64,000 bases of DNA from Candidatus Omnitrophota bacterium (GTDB lineage: Bacteria > Omnitrophota > Gorgyraeia > Gygaellales > Profunditerraquicolaceae): assembly GCA_043798795.1 (NCBI GenBank), contig JAZDOJ010000007.1, forward strand, positions 28,259 through 92,258, written 5' to 3'. A model generated the notes under the pieces. It ran no database searches. It had not been told where the DNA came from and saw nothing but the letters and a program-made list of their open reading frames with translations. This document shows, piece after piece, positions 21,198 through 33,270 of this stretch. The translations under genes and the position numbers were made by a program. The number at the start of each line of letters is the position of its first letter. Positions within the stretch are counted from its first letter, which is position 1.

Positions 21198-22174
21198 AAA
21201 AAAGAATCTTAAGCGGGATGCGTCCGACAGGTAAGTTGCATTTAGGCCACCTGGTGGGCGCCTTGGATAACTGGGTCAAGCTGCAGGAAGAATACGACAG
21301 TTTCTTTATGGTCGCAGACTGGCATGCCTTCATGTCCGAATATGAGAACACGAGGGAGTTGAAAGAGAACACGTTAGATAATGTCGTTGATTGGCTTGCC
21401 TGTGGCCTCGACCCCAAGAGGAGCACTCTCTTTATACAGTCCGAAGTCCCCGAGCACCTAGAATTATACATGATTTTTTCTATTGTAACGCCTCTCGGTC
21501 TTTTGGAGCGCTGCCCGACGTACAAAGAACAGCTGCGGGAACTCACGCACAGGGATTTGCACACCTTTGGATTCCTGGGTTATCCTGTTCTTCAGGCAGC
21601 GGATATCCTCATCTATAAAGCTGAGGTCGTTCCGGTGGGAGAAGACCAGCTTCCTCATCTGGAGCTGACCAGGCAGATCGCCAGAAAATTCAATCATCTT
21701 TATAAAAAAGATTATTTTTCCGAGCCGCAGGCACTCCTGACAAAGACCCAACGCCTTTTAGGGCTGGATGGAAGGAAGATGAGCAAGAGTTATAATAATT
21801 TTATTGCGTTATCGGAGGAGCCCTCTGTTATCCGAAAGAAAGTCGCGAACATGTTTACGGACCCTCAGAGGATTCGCTTGAGCGACCCTGGCCATCCGGA
21901 TAAATGCAATGTGCATTCTTATTATGCGGTCTTTGCCCCTGACAGAAAGAAGGAAGTGGATGAGCTCTGCCGCAAGGCTCAGATCGGCTGCACGGACTGC
22001 AAGAAAGAACTCGCCGAGAGACTCATCAGGGTCCTCGAGCCTGTCCAGAAGAAAAGAAACGAACTGCTCAAAGACAAGAATCAGATCTTTAAGATATTAG
22101 AAGAGGGTAAAAGTAAGGCTCAGTCCGTTGCAGGCAAGACTTTGTCGGAAGTCAAGAAATTGATCAATTTATAG
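21194..22174 (+). CDS. trpS: Tryptophan--tRNA ligase
   Basis: SGMRPTGKLHLGH, YPVLQAADIL, PVGEDQ, KMSKS. Confidence 0.97.
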   Translation: MKKRILSGMRPTGKLHLGHLVGALDNWVKLQEEYDSFFMVADWHAFMSEYENTRELKENTLDNVVDWLACGLDPKRSTLFIQSEVPEHLELYMIFSIVTPLGLLERCPTYKEQLRELTHRDLHTFGFLGYPVLQAADILIYKAEVVPVGEDQLPHLELTRQIARKFNHLYKKDYFSEPQALLTKTQRLLGLDGRKMSKSYNNFIALSEEPSVIRKKVANMFTDPQRIRLSDPGHPDKCNVHSYYAVFAPDRKKEVDELCRKAQIGCTDCKKELAERLIRVLEPVQKKRNELLKDKNQIFKILEEGKSKAQSVAGKTLSEVKKLINL

Positions 22175-22939
22175 ATGTCTTATAAGATAAAGTTAGAAAT
22201 ATTTGAAGGGCCGCTGGATCTCCTCTTGTATCTGGTCAAGAAAGATCACCTTAACATTTACGACATCCCTATTGCCAAAGTTACCGCGCAGTATCTTGAA
22301 TATTTGAATCTGATGCAGCTTTTAGATTTGAATATCGCCGGAGATTTTTTGGTGATGGCGGCGACCCTCATGCAGATTAAATCCAAAATGCTCCTGCCTC
22401 CTGAACCGCAAGAAGCCTCACAGGGCGAGCCTGAGGATCCCCGCGAGGAATTGGTGAAGCGATTGCTCGAATATGAAAGGTTCAAAGAGATTGCCGAATC
22501 TTTGCGTCAGAGAGAGACCAGCCAGAAAGAGGTGTTTAAACGGCCTAAAACAGAGATAGAAAAAGAGCTCCCCAGCGATGGGCGTGAGGTTTATTTTGAG
22601 GCGAGTATCTTTGATCTGATCCATGCCTTTACCAAAGCACTGAAAGATGTTCCCAAAGAAGTTTTTTACGAAGTCATCAAGGATGAATACACGATCGATG
22701 AGAAGATCCATGAGATCCTGCACCTTCTTCTGGAAAAGTCAACTATCCAGTTGACCCAGCTGTTTGGCAAGGCCAAAAGCAAGTTGGAGATTATTGTTAT
22801 ATTCCTGTCCATCCTGGAGCTCGTCAGGATGAAAGAGATTATCTGCCGACAAAGAGAACTGTTCCAGGACATCGAGATTTTAAGGAACAAAGAGAATATT
22901 ATCCCTTATGGCCGAAGAGACCAGAAAAACGCTTCTTAA
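22175..22939 (+). CDS. scpA: Segregation and condensation protein A (kleisin)
   Basis: FEGPLDLLLYL, FLVMAATL..IKSKMLLP, FLSILEL. Confidence 0.95.
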   Translation: MSYKIKLEIFEGPLDLLLYLVKKDHLNIYDIPIAKVTAQYLEYLNLMQLLDLNIAGDFLVMAATLMQIKSKMLLPPEPQEASQGEPEDPREELVKRLLEYERFKEIAESLRQRETSQKEVFKRPKTEIEKELPSDGREVYFEASIFDLIHAFTKALKDVPKEVFYEVIKDEYTIDEKIHEILHLLLEKSTIQLTQLFGKAKSKLEIIVIFLSILELVRMKEIICRQRELFQDIEILRNKENIIPYGRRDQKNAS

Positions 22940-23960
22940 GGGCCGGACTCCACCTTTCGTTCATGAGCCTCAAGAGACAGAAGAGGATGTTGTCCTCAAT
23001 ATTTCTTTAAGGCCGAAGAGATTGTCTGAGTTTGTCGGCCATAAAGAGATTGTGGATAATCTCAAAATATCCATTCAGGCGGCGAAACAAAGGAAGGAGC
23101 CCCTGGAGCATGTGTTATTAAGCGGCCCGCCGGGCTTAGGCAAGACGTCCCTTGCCCACATTGTCGCTCATGAGATGAGCTCCAAGATTACGGCCACCTC
23201 CGGACCCGCTATAGAGCGCGCCGGTGATTTGATAGGAATTCTCACCAATCTTGAAAAAGGGGACATCCTCTTTATTGACGAGATCCATCGGCTTTCCAAA
23301 GTGGTGGAAGAGTTTCTGTATCCGGCCATGGAGAGTTTTCAGATTGATTTTGTCATTGATAAGGGGCCTTATGCCAAGACCATCAAGTTTAACCTCAAGC
23401 CTTTTTCGCTGGTGGGAGCTACGACCCGAAGCGGCCTGTTAGCAGCGCCTCTGCGGGGGCGGTTCGGCATATTTTATAACTTGGATTTTTACAAGATAGA
23501 AGACCTGGCCAAGATCATCAAGCATTCCGCTAAGATTCTGAGCATGGATATAGAAGAGGAAGCGGCTTTTGAGATCGCCAGACGCAGCCGTGGCACGCCC
23601 CGCATTGCCAATAGGCTCCTGCGCCGGATCAGGGATTACGCCCAGGTCGCCAAAATAGCCACGGTCAACGCAGGATGTGCGGCCAAGACCCTGGATGAAT
23701 TGGGGATTGACAAGGCGGGCCTGGATGATTTGGACCGTAAGGTGCTGAAGTTGATTCTGGAATCTTACTCAGGTGGGCCCGTGGGTGTTGAGGCCTTGGC
23801 AGCCAGCCTGAATGAAGAAGTCGACACCATCGCCGATACGGTCGAACCGTATTTATTGAAAGCCGGATACCTGAAGCGCACCTCCCGCGGCCGCCTGGCC
23901 ACCAAATTGTCCTTTGAACACTTCGGCCTCAAATACGAAAAACAACCGGAATTATTCTAA
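22908..23960 (+). CDS. ruvB: Holliday junction branch migration helicase RuvB
   Basis: LRP..L.EF.G, GPPGLGKT, FIDEIHRL, SRGTPRIANRLL, GGPVG. Confidence 0.98.
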   Translation: MAEETRKTLLKGRTPPFVHEPQETEEDVVLNISLRPKRLSEFVGHKEIVDNLKISIQAAKQRKEPLEHVLLSGPPGLGKTSLAHIVAHEMSSKITATSGPAIERAGDLIGILTNLEKGDILFIDEIHRLSKVVEEFLYPAMESFQIDFVIDKGPYAKTIKFNLKPFSLVGATTRSGLLAAPLRGRFGIFYNLDFYKIEDLAKIIKHSAKILSMDIEEEAAFEIARRSRGTPRIANRLLRRIRDYAQVAKIATVNAGCAAKTLDELGIDKAGLDDLDRKVLKLILESYSGGPVGVEALAASLNEEVDTIADTVEPYLLKAGYLKRTSRGRLATKLSFEHFGLKYEKQPELF

Positions 23961-23962
23961 AG

Positions 23963-24008
23963 CGTTTCTAAACCCAATCTCAAAACGTTTCTAATCTTAA
24001 TCGTAAAA
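23963..24008 (+). repeat. Low-complexity intergenic direct repeats
   Basis: CGTTTCTAA at 23963 and 23986; AATCTC/AATCTT/AATCGT hexamers. Confidence 0.5.
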
Positions 24009-24022
24009 CTGCTTTTTTCCAG

Positions 24023-24565
24023 ATGAAACTTTTACTCCATACCTGTTGCGCGCCGTGCGTGATTTATCCTTTGGAGAGGCTAAAGGCGCAAGGATATAGC
24101 GTCAGGGGATATTTTTACAACCCTAATATCCATCCCTTGAGCGAATACAAAAATCGTTTGAAAGCGGTCATGGATTTCAGCCATAAGCATAATCTGGAGA
24201 TGGTCCATCCGGAATACCATCCGGAGGAATTCTTTCAAGCCGTAAATCTAAAGGAAGATAGGCCCGAAAGATGCGCCATATGCTGGTCTTTAAGACTTCA
24301 AAGGTGCGCTTTGGCCGCAAAAGAAATGGGCTGCGGTTATTTTTCTACGACTCTGCTCGTCAGTCCCTATCAGGACCAGGAGAAACTAAAAGTCATAGGA
24401 AATGACATCTCCCGTGAAACAGGAGTGGAATTTCTTTATGAAGATTTTCGGCCCGGCTTTAAGATGGCGCATGAGCAGGCTAAGAACGAAGGGATCTATT
24501 GCCAGAAATATTGCGGATGTCTTTACTCAATGAAGCCCAGACTTACGTTCACTAACGTTCCGTAA
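24023..24565 (+). CDS. queH: Epoxyqueuosine reductase QueH (DUF208)
   Basis: LLHTCCAPC, YNPNIHP..EY..R, RC.IC...RL, STTL.VSP, YCQKYCGC. Confidence 0.93.
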   Translation: MKLLLHTCCAPCVIYPLERLKAQGYSVRGYFYNPNIHPLSEYKNRLKAVMDFSHKHNLEMVHPEYHPEEFFQAVNLKEDRPERCAICWSLRLQRCALAAKEMGCGYFSTTLLVSPYQDQEKLKVIGNDISRETGVEFLYEDFRPGFKMAHEQAKNEGIYCQKYCGCLYSMKPRLTFTNVP

Positions 24566-24685
24566 GTCTGTGGCTGAATTGATCCTTGACATTTACACTT
24601 GAAAAATCATTTGAAAATGTCAAGGATCCAATTCGCACTTATAACTTACTCACACTTTCAGTGTTCGTAAGTTATGTGCTCATTG
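24528..24685. repeat. Composite palindromic element: closing stem plus three abutting hairpins (four-way junction); REP/MITE-like or structured ncRNA
   Basis: CAATGA(24528-33)/TCATTG(24680-85); hairpin 24534-24575 (14 bp), 24576-24634 (19 bp), 24635-24679 (13 bp). Confidence 0.85.
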
Positions 24686-24696
24686 GAAATCGAGAG

Positions 24697-24912
24697 ATGC
24701 AAGAAATCGGAAAAACATTAATTGTCTTCGGGATTATTTTAATAGGCCTCGGGTTTTTGCTGACATTTTTCAACAAAGTGCCTTTTTTGGGAACGCTTCC
24801 CGGGGATATTTACGTTGAAAAAAAGAATTTTACTTTTTATTTTCCCATTATGACGTCTATCGTGCTAAGTCTCATTCTGTCCCTCATATTTTGGCTAAGG
24901 TCTGGCCGATGA
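24697..24912 (+). CDS. DUF2905 small membrane protein
   Basis: GKTLI..G, LG.LPGDI.VEK.NF.FYFPI.TSI.LS; ATG at 24697; usual ruvB-queA neighbourhood. Confidence 0.9.
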   Translation: MQEIGKTLIVFGIILIGLGFLLTFFNKVPFLGTLPGDIYVEKKNFTFYFPIMTSIVLSLILSLIFWLRSGR

Positions 24913-26048
24913 AGCTTATCTGGAGAATCCTTTTTCTCATCTTTGTTATTCAGGCTAGCGCCGCAACCTGTCAGCAGGTTACCTGCGAGGAACCGTCCCG
25001 TTACGTGCGCGTGGCTGTTTTTCAGGAGGAACGCAGCCTTCGCGTTAAACTGAACGCCCCCTTTGAAATAACGGACTCCTCCGGGAGCATGATCCTAAAA
25101 GGCGATTCCCTGAAAACGACGGTCATCGCCCAAAAGGACAGGATCGTTTTAGCAGGTGAGTCTTTTAAGGTCTCAACCCTAATCATCCGGGTCGATTCCC
25201 CGAGCGTTATCAGCGTTAATGATCGGCTGTTCCGGGGCCAGATCCAGTTTATAAGAGGCAAGAAAGATACCCTGATCATCATCAACCTCATTGATTTAGA
25301 GGATTACGTCAAAGGAATTCTCTATCACGAAGTTTCTCATTATTGGCCTATGGAGGCTTTGATGGCCCAGGCCATCGTTTCCCGGACATATGCTTTGTAT
25401 CAAATGGAGGAAAACAAAGCGAAAGATTACGATGTCACCAGCGACATCTATTCTCAGGTTTACGGAGGCAGGACCTCTGAACGCTATCGGACCAACAGAG
25501 CCGTGGAGCAAACAAAAGGAAAAATTCTTAATTTTGAGGGAAAAGTTTTCCCGACTTATTTTTCGGCCACTTGCGCTGGGCACACAGAGAGGTCTGGTGA
25601 GCTCTGGAAGATAGATATGACGCCTCTTAAGGGTGTCGTGTGCGGATTCTGTAAAGACTCTCCCCATTTTCGTTGGCATTACGTTTTGTCACTGGAAGAG
25701 ATCCAGGAAAAGTTGTCCCAAGGAGGTATCCAGACAGGCCGCATAAAGGATTTGGTAATATTGGAACGTAATGAGTCCGGAAGAGTCAAGGGCCTTAAGA
25801 TCATAACCGCCGATGGAGAACAGGCCATTGCGGCCAAAGACTTCAGGAGTATGATTGGCGTTAATATCATAAGAAGTACCCGTTTTAACGTAAGCGTTAT
25901 CAATGAAGACGCTGTCTTTGAAGGGGCCGGCTGGGGGCATGGCGTCGGCCTCTGTCAATGGGGCGCTTATTTTATGGCCAAGCAGGGTCGCACGCACAAG
26001 GAAATCCTTACCTATTATTATCCTGGCTCACAGATGACGAATGACTGA
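24909..26048 (+). CDS. SpoIID/LytB domain lytic transglycosylase
   Basis: Signal peptide; LEDYVKGIL..EV, EAL.AQAIVSRTYA, SQVYGG, GWGHGVGLCQWGA. Confidence 0.93.
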   Translation: MKLIWRILFLIFVIQASAATCQQVTCEEPSRYVRVAVFQEERSLRVKLNAPFEITDSSGSMILKGDSLKTTVIAQKDRIVLAGESFKVSTLIIRVDSPSVISVNDRLFRGQIQFIRGKKDTLIIINLIDLEDYVKGILYHEVSHYWPMEALMAQAIVSRTYALYQMEENKAKDYDVTSDIYSQVYGGRTSERYRTNRAVEQTKGKILNFEGKVFPTYFSATCAGHTERSGELWKIDMTPLKGVVCGFCKDSPHFRWHYVLSLEEIQEKLSQGGIQTGRIKDLVILERNESGRVKGLKIITADGEQAIAAKDFRSMIGVNIIRSTRFNVSVINEDAVFEGAGWGHGVGLCQWGAYFMAKQGRTHKEILTYYYPGSQMTND

Positions 26049-26054
26049 TTGCGG

Positions 26055-28863
<2,809 letters not shown>

Positions 28864-28866
28864 GGA

Positions 28867-29217
28867 ATGGATAAATTAAAAATGATTGAGGCTGATTTTA
28901 TCAAAAAAGAGATTCCAAAATTTAACGTGGGGGATACGGTTAAAATCCTGGTCAAGATCCCCGAAGGGCCTGACAGGGTGCGCCTGCATCCTTTTGAGGG
29001 CGTGGTGATTGCCAAGAAAGGTTCAGGGATAAGGGAGAGTTTTACCGTAAGAAAGGTTTCTTACGGAGAAGGGATCGAGCGCGTCTTTCCTACCTATTCA
29101 CCTAGTATTGAGCGTATCGAAGTCTTGCGTTCAGGTAAGGTCAAGAGGGCCAAGCTTTACTATTTAAGAGGCAAGGTCGGTAAACAAGCTACCAAGATCG
29201 AGAGCCGCGAAGAGTAG
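28867..29217 (+). CDS. rplS: 50S ribosomal protein L19
   Basis: [36 protein letters not shown]. Confidence 0.98.
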   Translation: MDKLKMIEADFIKKEIPKFNVGDTVKILVKIPEGPDRVRLHPFEGVVIAKKGSGIRESFTVRKVSYGEGIERVFPTYSPSIERIEVLRSGKVKRAKLYYLRGKVGKQATKIESREE

Positions 29218-29218
29218 C

Positions 29219-29821
29219 GTGCTTTATTTCGAGAGAAAATTCAGAAAAAAAGGATTTGAATTCATTATCGGCGTTGATGAGGCAGGCCGGGGCCCTTTAG
29301 CCGGGCCTGTGGTGGCAGCGGCTGTTAGCTTAAGACCCCACCGTTTTAAAAATCGCATTGATGATTCCAAGAAACTAACATTTTTAGCCCGGGAGAGAGC
29401 CTTCCAGGAGATTATTCTTAACTGCGTTTTTGGTATCGGGGTTGTCCCCGAGGCAACCATCGATCGGGTGAATATCTTAGAGGCCACGCGCTTAGCTATG
29501 CGACAGGCGATTCATCGTCTGATTATAAAATTAAAACCCAAAGGCGAAAGTCGCATTTGGGTTTTAATTGATGGGAATATGACCCTGGATATAGACTTTC
29601 CTTATTCGGGTATTGTCAAAGGGGACTCCAGGTCCAAGAGCATTGCCTGCGCCTCGATCCTCGCCAAAGTGACGCGGGACCGTATCATGGTTTCCTATGA
29701 CAAGACTTACCCTCAGTATCGATTCATTAAGCACAAAGGTTATCCCACGCAAGAACACCGAGATATATTGAGGAAGATGGGTCCTTGCTCCATTCATAGA
29801 AGGAGTTTTTGCTGTGTCTAA
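29219..29821 (+). CDS. rnhB: Ribonuclease HII
   Basis: GVDEAGRGPLAGPV, DSKKL, KGD, ASILAKVTRD, HKGYPT. Confidence 0.97.
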   Translation: MLYFERKFRKKGFEFIIGVDEAGRGPLAGPVVAAAVSLRPHRFKNRIDDSKKLTFLARERAFQEIILNCVFGIGVVPEATIDRVNILEATRLAMRQAIHRLIIKLKPKGESRIWVLIDGNMTLDIDFPYSGIVKGDSRSKSIACASILAKVTRDRIMVSYDKTYPQYRFIKHKGYPTQEHRDILRKMGPCSIHRRSFCCV

Positions 29822-30194
29822 AAGAAGCGTATGCCTGGGGCAAAATGGGGAAGATTTAGCTGTTGGCTTCCTGAAAGAAAACGGTTATAAGATTCTGCAT
29901 AGAAATTTTAAAACCAGGTTGGGAGAGATAGATATCATCGGCATGGATCAGGATACACTTTGTTTCATCGAAGTCAAAACTAGGAACTCTCTCAGGTGCG
30001 GCGAGCCGCAAGAGGCTATTTCTTCTTTTAAGCAGAGGCAGATGTCCAAAGCAGCGCTCCTGTTTCTTAAAGGACATCATCTTCTGGATGCTAAAGCCAG
30101 GTTCGATGTGGTTTCCGTTATCTGTTTAGATAAAACGCCAACATTCGATTTGATCAAGAATGCTTTTGAACTGGAGGCAAGCTATGTTATCTGA
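29814..30194 (+). CDS. yraN: YraN family PD-(D/E)XK protein
   Basis: G..GED.A..FL...GY.I, GEIDII, FIEVKTR, RFDVV. Confidence 0.93.
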   Translation: MSKRSVCLGQNGEDLAVGFLKENGYKILHRNFKTRLGEIDIIGMDQDTLCFIEVKTRNSLRCGEPQEAISSFKQRQMSKAALLFLKGHHLLDAKARFDVVSVICLDKTPTFDLIKNAFELEASYVI

Positions 30195-31878
30195 TATCAA
30201 AATTGCCCAGAAAGCAAAAATAGTCCCGATAGAGAATATCGCCAAGAAATTAAAAATCGATAAACGATTCCTTGTGCCTTACGGCCGGCATATGGCCAAG
30301 ATCGATTTGGGTATTCTGGATAAAATTAAGAATAGGAAATCAGGAAAATATGTTTTGGTAACCGCTATAACACCCACGCCTTTAGGAGAAGGCAAGACCG
30401 TCACGACCATAGGTCTCTCCATGGCTTTGAATCGATTAGGTCGGTTAACCTCAACCTGCATCAGGCAGCCGTCGCTGGGGCCTGTCTTTGGTATAAAAGG
30501 AGGGGCAGCTGGCGGTGGGTATTCCCAGGTTTTGCCCATGGAGAATTTTAATCTTCATTTTACCGGAGACGTGCATGCGGTTGGCCTGGCGCATAATCTG
30601 GCTGCTGCTTTTTTGGATAATTCTCTCTTCAAAGGAAACAAGCTCGGGATCGATCCCGAGCAGATAACCTGGAGACGGGTGGTAGATGTCAGCGACCGCT
30701 CTTTAAGGAATGTCAAGATCGGTTTGGGCTCAAAAGACGACGGGGTTCCCCGGGACAGCGGCTTTGATATAACGGTGGCTTCCGAAATCATGGCTATTTT
30801 GGCCTTGAGTTCCGGTTTAACGGACTTGCGTAAACGTCTGGGGCAAATCGTCGTGGCCCATACCCAGGACGGCAGACTCGTCACCTGTGAAGACCTGCAA
30901 GTGGCCGGGGCCATGGCTGTTCTCATGAAAGAGGCCATAAAACCTAATTTGATTCAGACGATCGAAAATACCCCTTGTTTTGTGCACGCCGGCCCTTTTG
31001 CGAATATCGCCCATGGCAATAACTCCATATTAGAGGACCGCATAGCTCTGAGGTTATCCGAGTATGTGGTGACAGAAGCCGGCTTTGGAGCGGATTGCGG
31101 GGCAGAGAAATTCTTTGATATAAAATGTCGCGCAAGCGGCCTGGCGCCTCATGCCGTAGCCATGGTCTGTTCTGTCAGGGCTTTAAAAGCGCATAGCGGC
31201 CGATTTAAGGTTGTCGCGGGTAAACCTTTAGATCCAGCTTTAACGCAAGAGAACTTAGATGCTATAGAGGAAGGAGTTTGTAACCTGCAGAAACAGATTG
31301 AGAATGTTTCTCTCTTTGGTGTACCGGTGGTGGTTGCCGTCAATCGATTTACCTCTGATACAAAAAGAGAAATAGAATTTGTAAGGAAAAAAGCCCTGGA
31401 GTTCGGAGCCTTTGACTGTTGTGTCAGCGAAGTATGGGCCAAGGGTTCCTCAGGAGGTCTGGAGCTGGCTAAGAGCATCATGGCCGCAGCCAAAGAGAAG
31501 AGCCGTTTTAAATTTCTATATCCGTTAGATATTTCCATAAAGGAGAAGATCGAAACCATCGCGACAAAAATATACGGGGCCAAGAATGTCGAATATGCAG
31601 GCCTGGCTGAGGAGAAAATTAAGGTTTACACAGAGCAGGGTTATGATAGACTACCTATCTGTATGGCCAAAACACACCTTTCTTTATCGCATGACCCTCA
31701 CCTTAAAGGAAGGCCTCGAGATTTTACGCTTCCCATCAGAGATATCCGGGCATCCATCGGTGCAGGATTTTTATATCCTCTTTGTGGGGAAATGAAAACC
31801 ATGCCGGCGCTGCCCAGCCACCCTGCAGGAGAGAAGATTGATATCGACAAGAGTGGGAATATTGTGGGTTTATCATGA
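30184..31878 (+). CDS. fhs: Formate--tetrahydrofolate ligase
   Basis: TPTPLGEGKT, KGGAAGGGYSQV, HAGPFANIAHG, TEAGFGAD, CMAKT; ATG at 30184. Confidence 0.98.
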   Translation: MLSDIKIAQKAKIVPIENIAKKLKIDKRFLVPYGRHMAKIDLGILDKIKNRKSGKYVLVTAITPTPLGEGKTVTTIGLSMALNRLGRLTSTCIRQPSLGPVFGIKGGAAGGGYSQVLPMENFNLHFTGDVHAVGLAHNLAAAFLDNSLFKGNKLGIDPEQITWRRVVDVSDRSLRNVKIGLGSKDDGVPRDSGFDITVASEIMAILALSSGLTDLRKRLGQIVVAHTQDGRLVTCEDLQVAGAMAVLMKEAIKPNLIQTIENTPCFVHAGPFANIAHGNNSILEDRIALRLSEYVVTEAGFGADCGAEKFFDIKCRASGLAPHAVAMVCSVRALKAHSGRFKVVAGKPLDPALTQENLDAIEEGVCNLQKQIENVSLFGVPVVVAVNRFTSDTKREIEFVRKKALEFGAFDCCVSEVWAKGSSGGLELAKSIMAAAKEKSRFKFLYPLDISIKEKIETIATKIYGAKNVEYAGLAEEKIKVYTEQGYDRLPICMAKTHLSLSHDPHLKGRPRDFTLPIRDIRASIGAGFLYPLCGEMKTMPALPSHPAGEKIDIDKSGNIVGLS

Positions 31879-32441
31879 TCATGTATAAAGACGGTTCCAT
31901 CAGGAAATATTTAGACGATTTGGCTGCTAAGCTAAGCGCTCCCGGCGGAGGTTCTGCGGCGGCGTTAACGGCAGGGTTGGGAGCCAGTCTTATCAGTATG
32001 GTGGTGAACTTTACTTTAGGTAAACCCAAGTACGCTCCCTTTGAGAGGGATTTAAAAAAGATCCTAAAAAAATCGGAAGAGCTGCGTGAAAAATTCTTAG
32101 ACCTCGTTGATTTAGACGTAGTCGCCTATAAATCCAAGAACATAAGAGACGCCCTGGATATCCCCTTTATGGTGTGCCGCCTTTGTTTTGAAGCCATAAA
32201 GTTATGCCCGGGCCTCATTAAGAAAGGCAATATTTACTTGATAAGCGACGTCATGGTGGCTGGGATTCTACTGGAATCGGCTTTTGCTTCGGCATGTGCC
32301 AACGTCGAGATAAACCTGAAATCATTAGATGATAAGTCCTTAACCAAATCCGTAAGAAAAGAATTAGAGAAGAAAGCCAGATGGATGAAAAAGATCCGAA
32401 GAGACACGGAGGTTAAAGTTGGCAAAATTATTAGAGGGTAA
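31875..32441 (+). CDS. fchA: Methenyl-THF cyclohydrolase / formiminotetrahydrofolate cyclodeaminase family
   Basis: LA....APGGGSAAA, SMV.NFT.GK, N..LISD, NVEINL; between fhs and folD. Confidence 0.88.
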   Translation: MIMYKDGSIRKYLDDLAAKLSAPGGGSAAALTAGLGASLISMVVNFTLGKPKYAPFERDLKKILKKSEELREKFLDLVDLDVVAYKSKNIRDALDIPFMVCRLCFEAIKLCPGLIKKGNIYLISDVMVAGILLESAFASACANVEINLKSLDDKSLTKSVRKELEKKARWMKKIRRDTEVKVGKIIRG

Positions 32442-33270
32442 GCCGTTAGCGGATCAGATCAAAGAGAAGATGAAAGAGGAGGTTGCTGGTTTAAGCAATA
32501 AGCCGGTCCTGGCGAGTATCATGGTGGGAGAGAATGCAGGGGCAGCTAGCTATGTAAGATCGCAAGCTAAAGCAGCAGAAAACTTAGGGATTGTTTATCA
32601 ATTGCATACATTAAGCGCTGATACGGCGGAAGAGACCCTCATTGAATTTATTCAAAAATTAAATTCTGATAAATCTATACACGGCATTATCGTTCAGATG
32701 CCCTTACCTGTTTCTATTGATTACAAAAAGATAAGCCAATTCATCCTTCCTGAAAAGGATATCGAAGGGATGCATCCGGCGAATATGGGCAAGATTGTTT
32801 TCGGCAAAGCCGGACTCCTGCCCTGTACGCCCCAGGCGGTGATGGAATTGCTGAATGTAAGCGGGGTCGATCTTTACGGTAAAGAGGTGGTTATCGTAGG
32901 ACACAGCGAGATAGTCGGCAAACCATTAGCCCTGCTCTTATTGGAGAAATTGGCCACGGTGACCGTATGCCACATCGGCACAAGCCAGGCAGGGAAATTA
33001 GAGGAGCATGTCCGAAAGGCCGAAGTCTTGGTCGTCGCCGTAGGCAAGGCAGGCCTTATCAGGGGAGAATGGATTAAAGAGGGTGCGGTGGTCATCGATG
33101 TAGGGATCAACCGCGTCGGCGATAAAATCGTAGGGGATGTGGAGTTCGAAGGTGCGCAAATGCGCGCCTCTTGGATCACCCCTGTACCCGGCGGCGTCGG
33201 ACCTCTGACCGTGATCATGCTGATGCGCAATTGCGTTGAAGCCGCCAAGGAGCAAAAAGCGACCAGATGA
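32419..33270 (+). CDS. folD: Methylene-THF dehydrogenase (FolD family)
   Basis: TTG start; PCTPQA, IVGKP, VIDVGINR, GDV.F, ITPVPGGVGP. Confidence 0.96.
   Translation: MAKLLEGKPLADQIKEKMKEEVAGLSNKPVLASIMVGENAGAASYVRSQAKAAENLGIVYQLHTLSADTAEETLIEFIQKLNSDKSIHGIIVQMPLPVSIDYKKISQFILPEKDIEGMHPANMGKIVFGKAGLLPCTPQAVMELLNVSGVDLYGKEVVIVGHSEIVGKPLALLLLEKLATVTVCHIGTSQAGKLEEHVRKAEVLVVAVGKAGLIRGEWIKEGAVVIDVGINRVGDKIVGDVEFEGAQMRASWITPVPGGVGPLTVIMLMRNCVEAAKEQKATR

Noticed and set aside
24635-24679. attC-like ends (..ATAAC / GTTATGT) in arm 3 of the palindromic element
   Set aside because: The span is too short for an attC site, the left box does not fit RYYYAAC, and there is no integrase or cassette array.
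24528-24685. tRNA or preQ1 riboswitch reading of the cloverleaf
   Set aside because: The arms are far too long for a tRNA and there is no T-loop or CCA. I recognised no preQ1 aptamer consensus; an Rfam search is still advised.
24586-24696. N-terminal extension of the DUF2905 ORF, and TTGACA as a promoter
   Set aside because: The extension only reads through the palindrome; ATG 24697 matches the family start. There is no -10 box at proper spacing.
24909-26048. Sporulation inferred from SpoIID
   Set aside because: SpoIID/LytB proteins are widespread peptidoglycan enzymes in non-sporulating bacteria.
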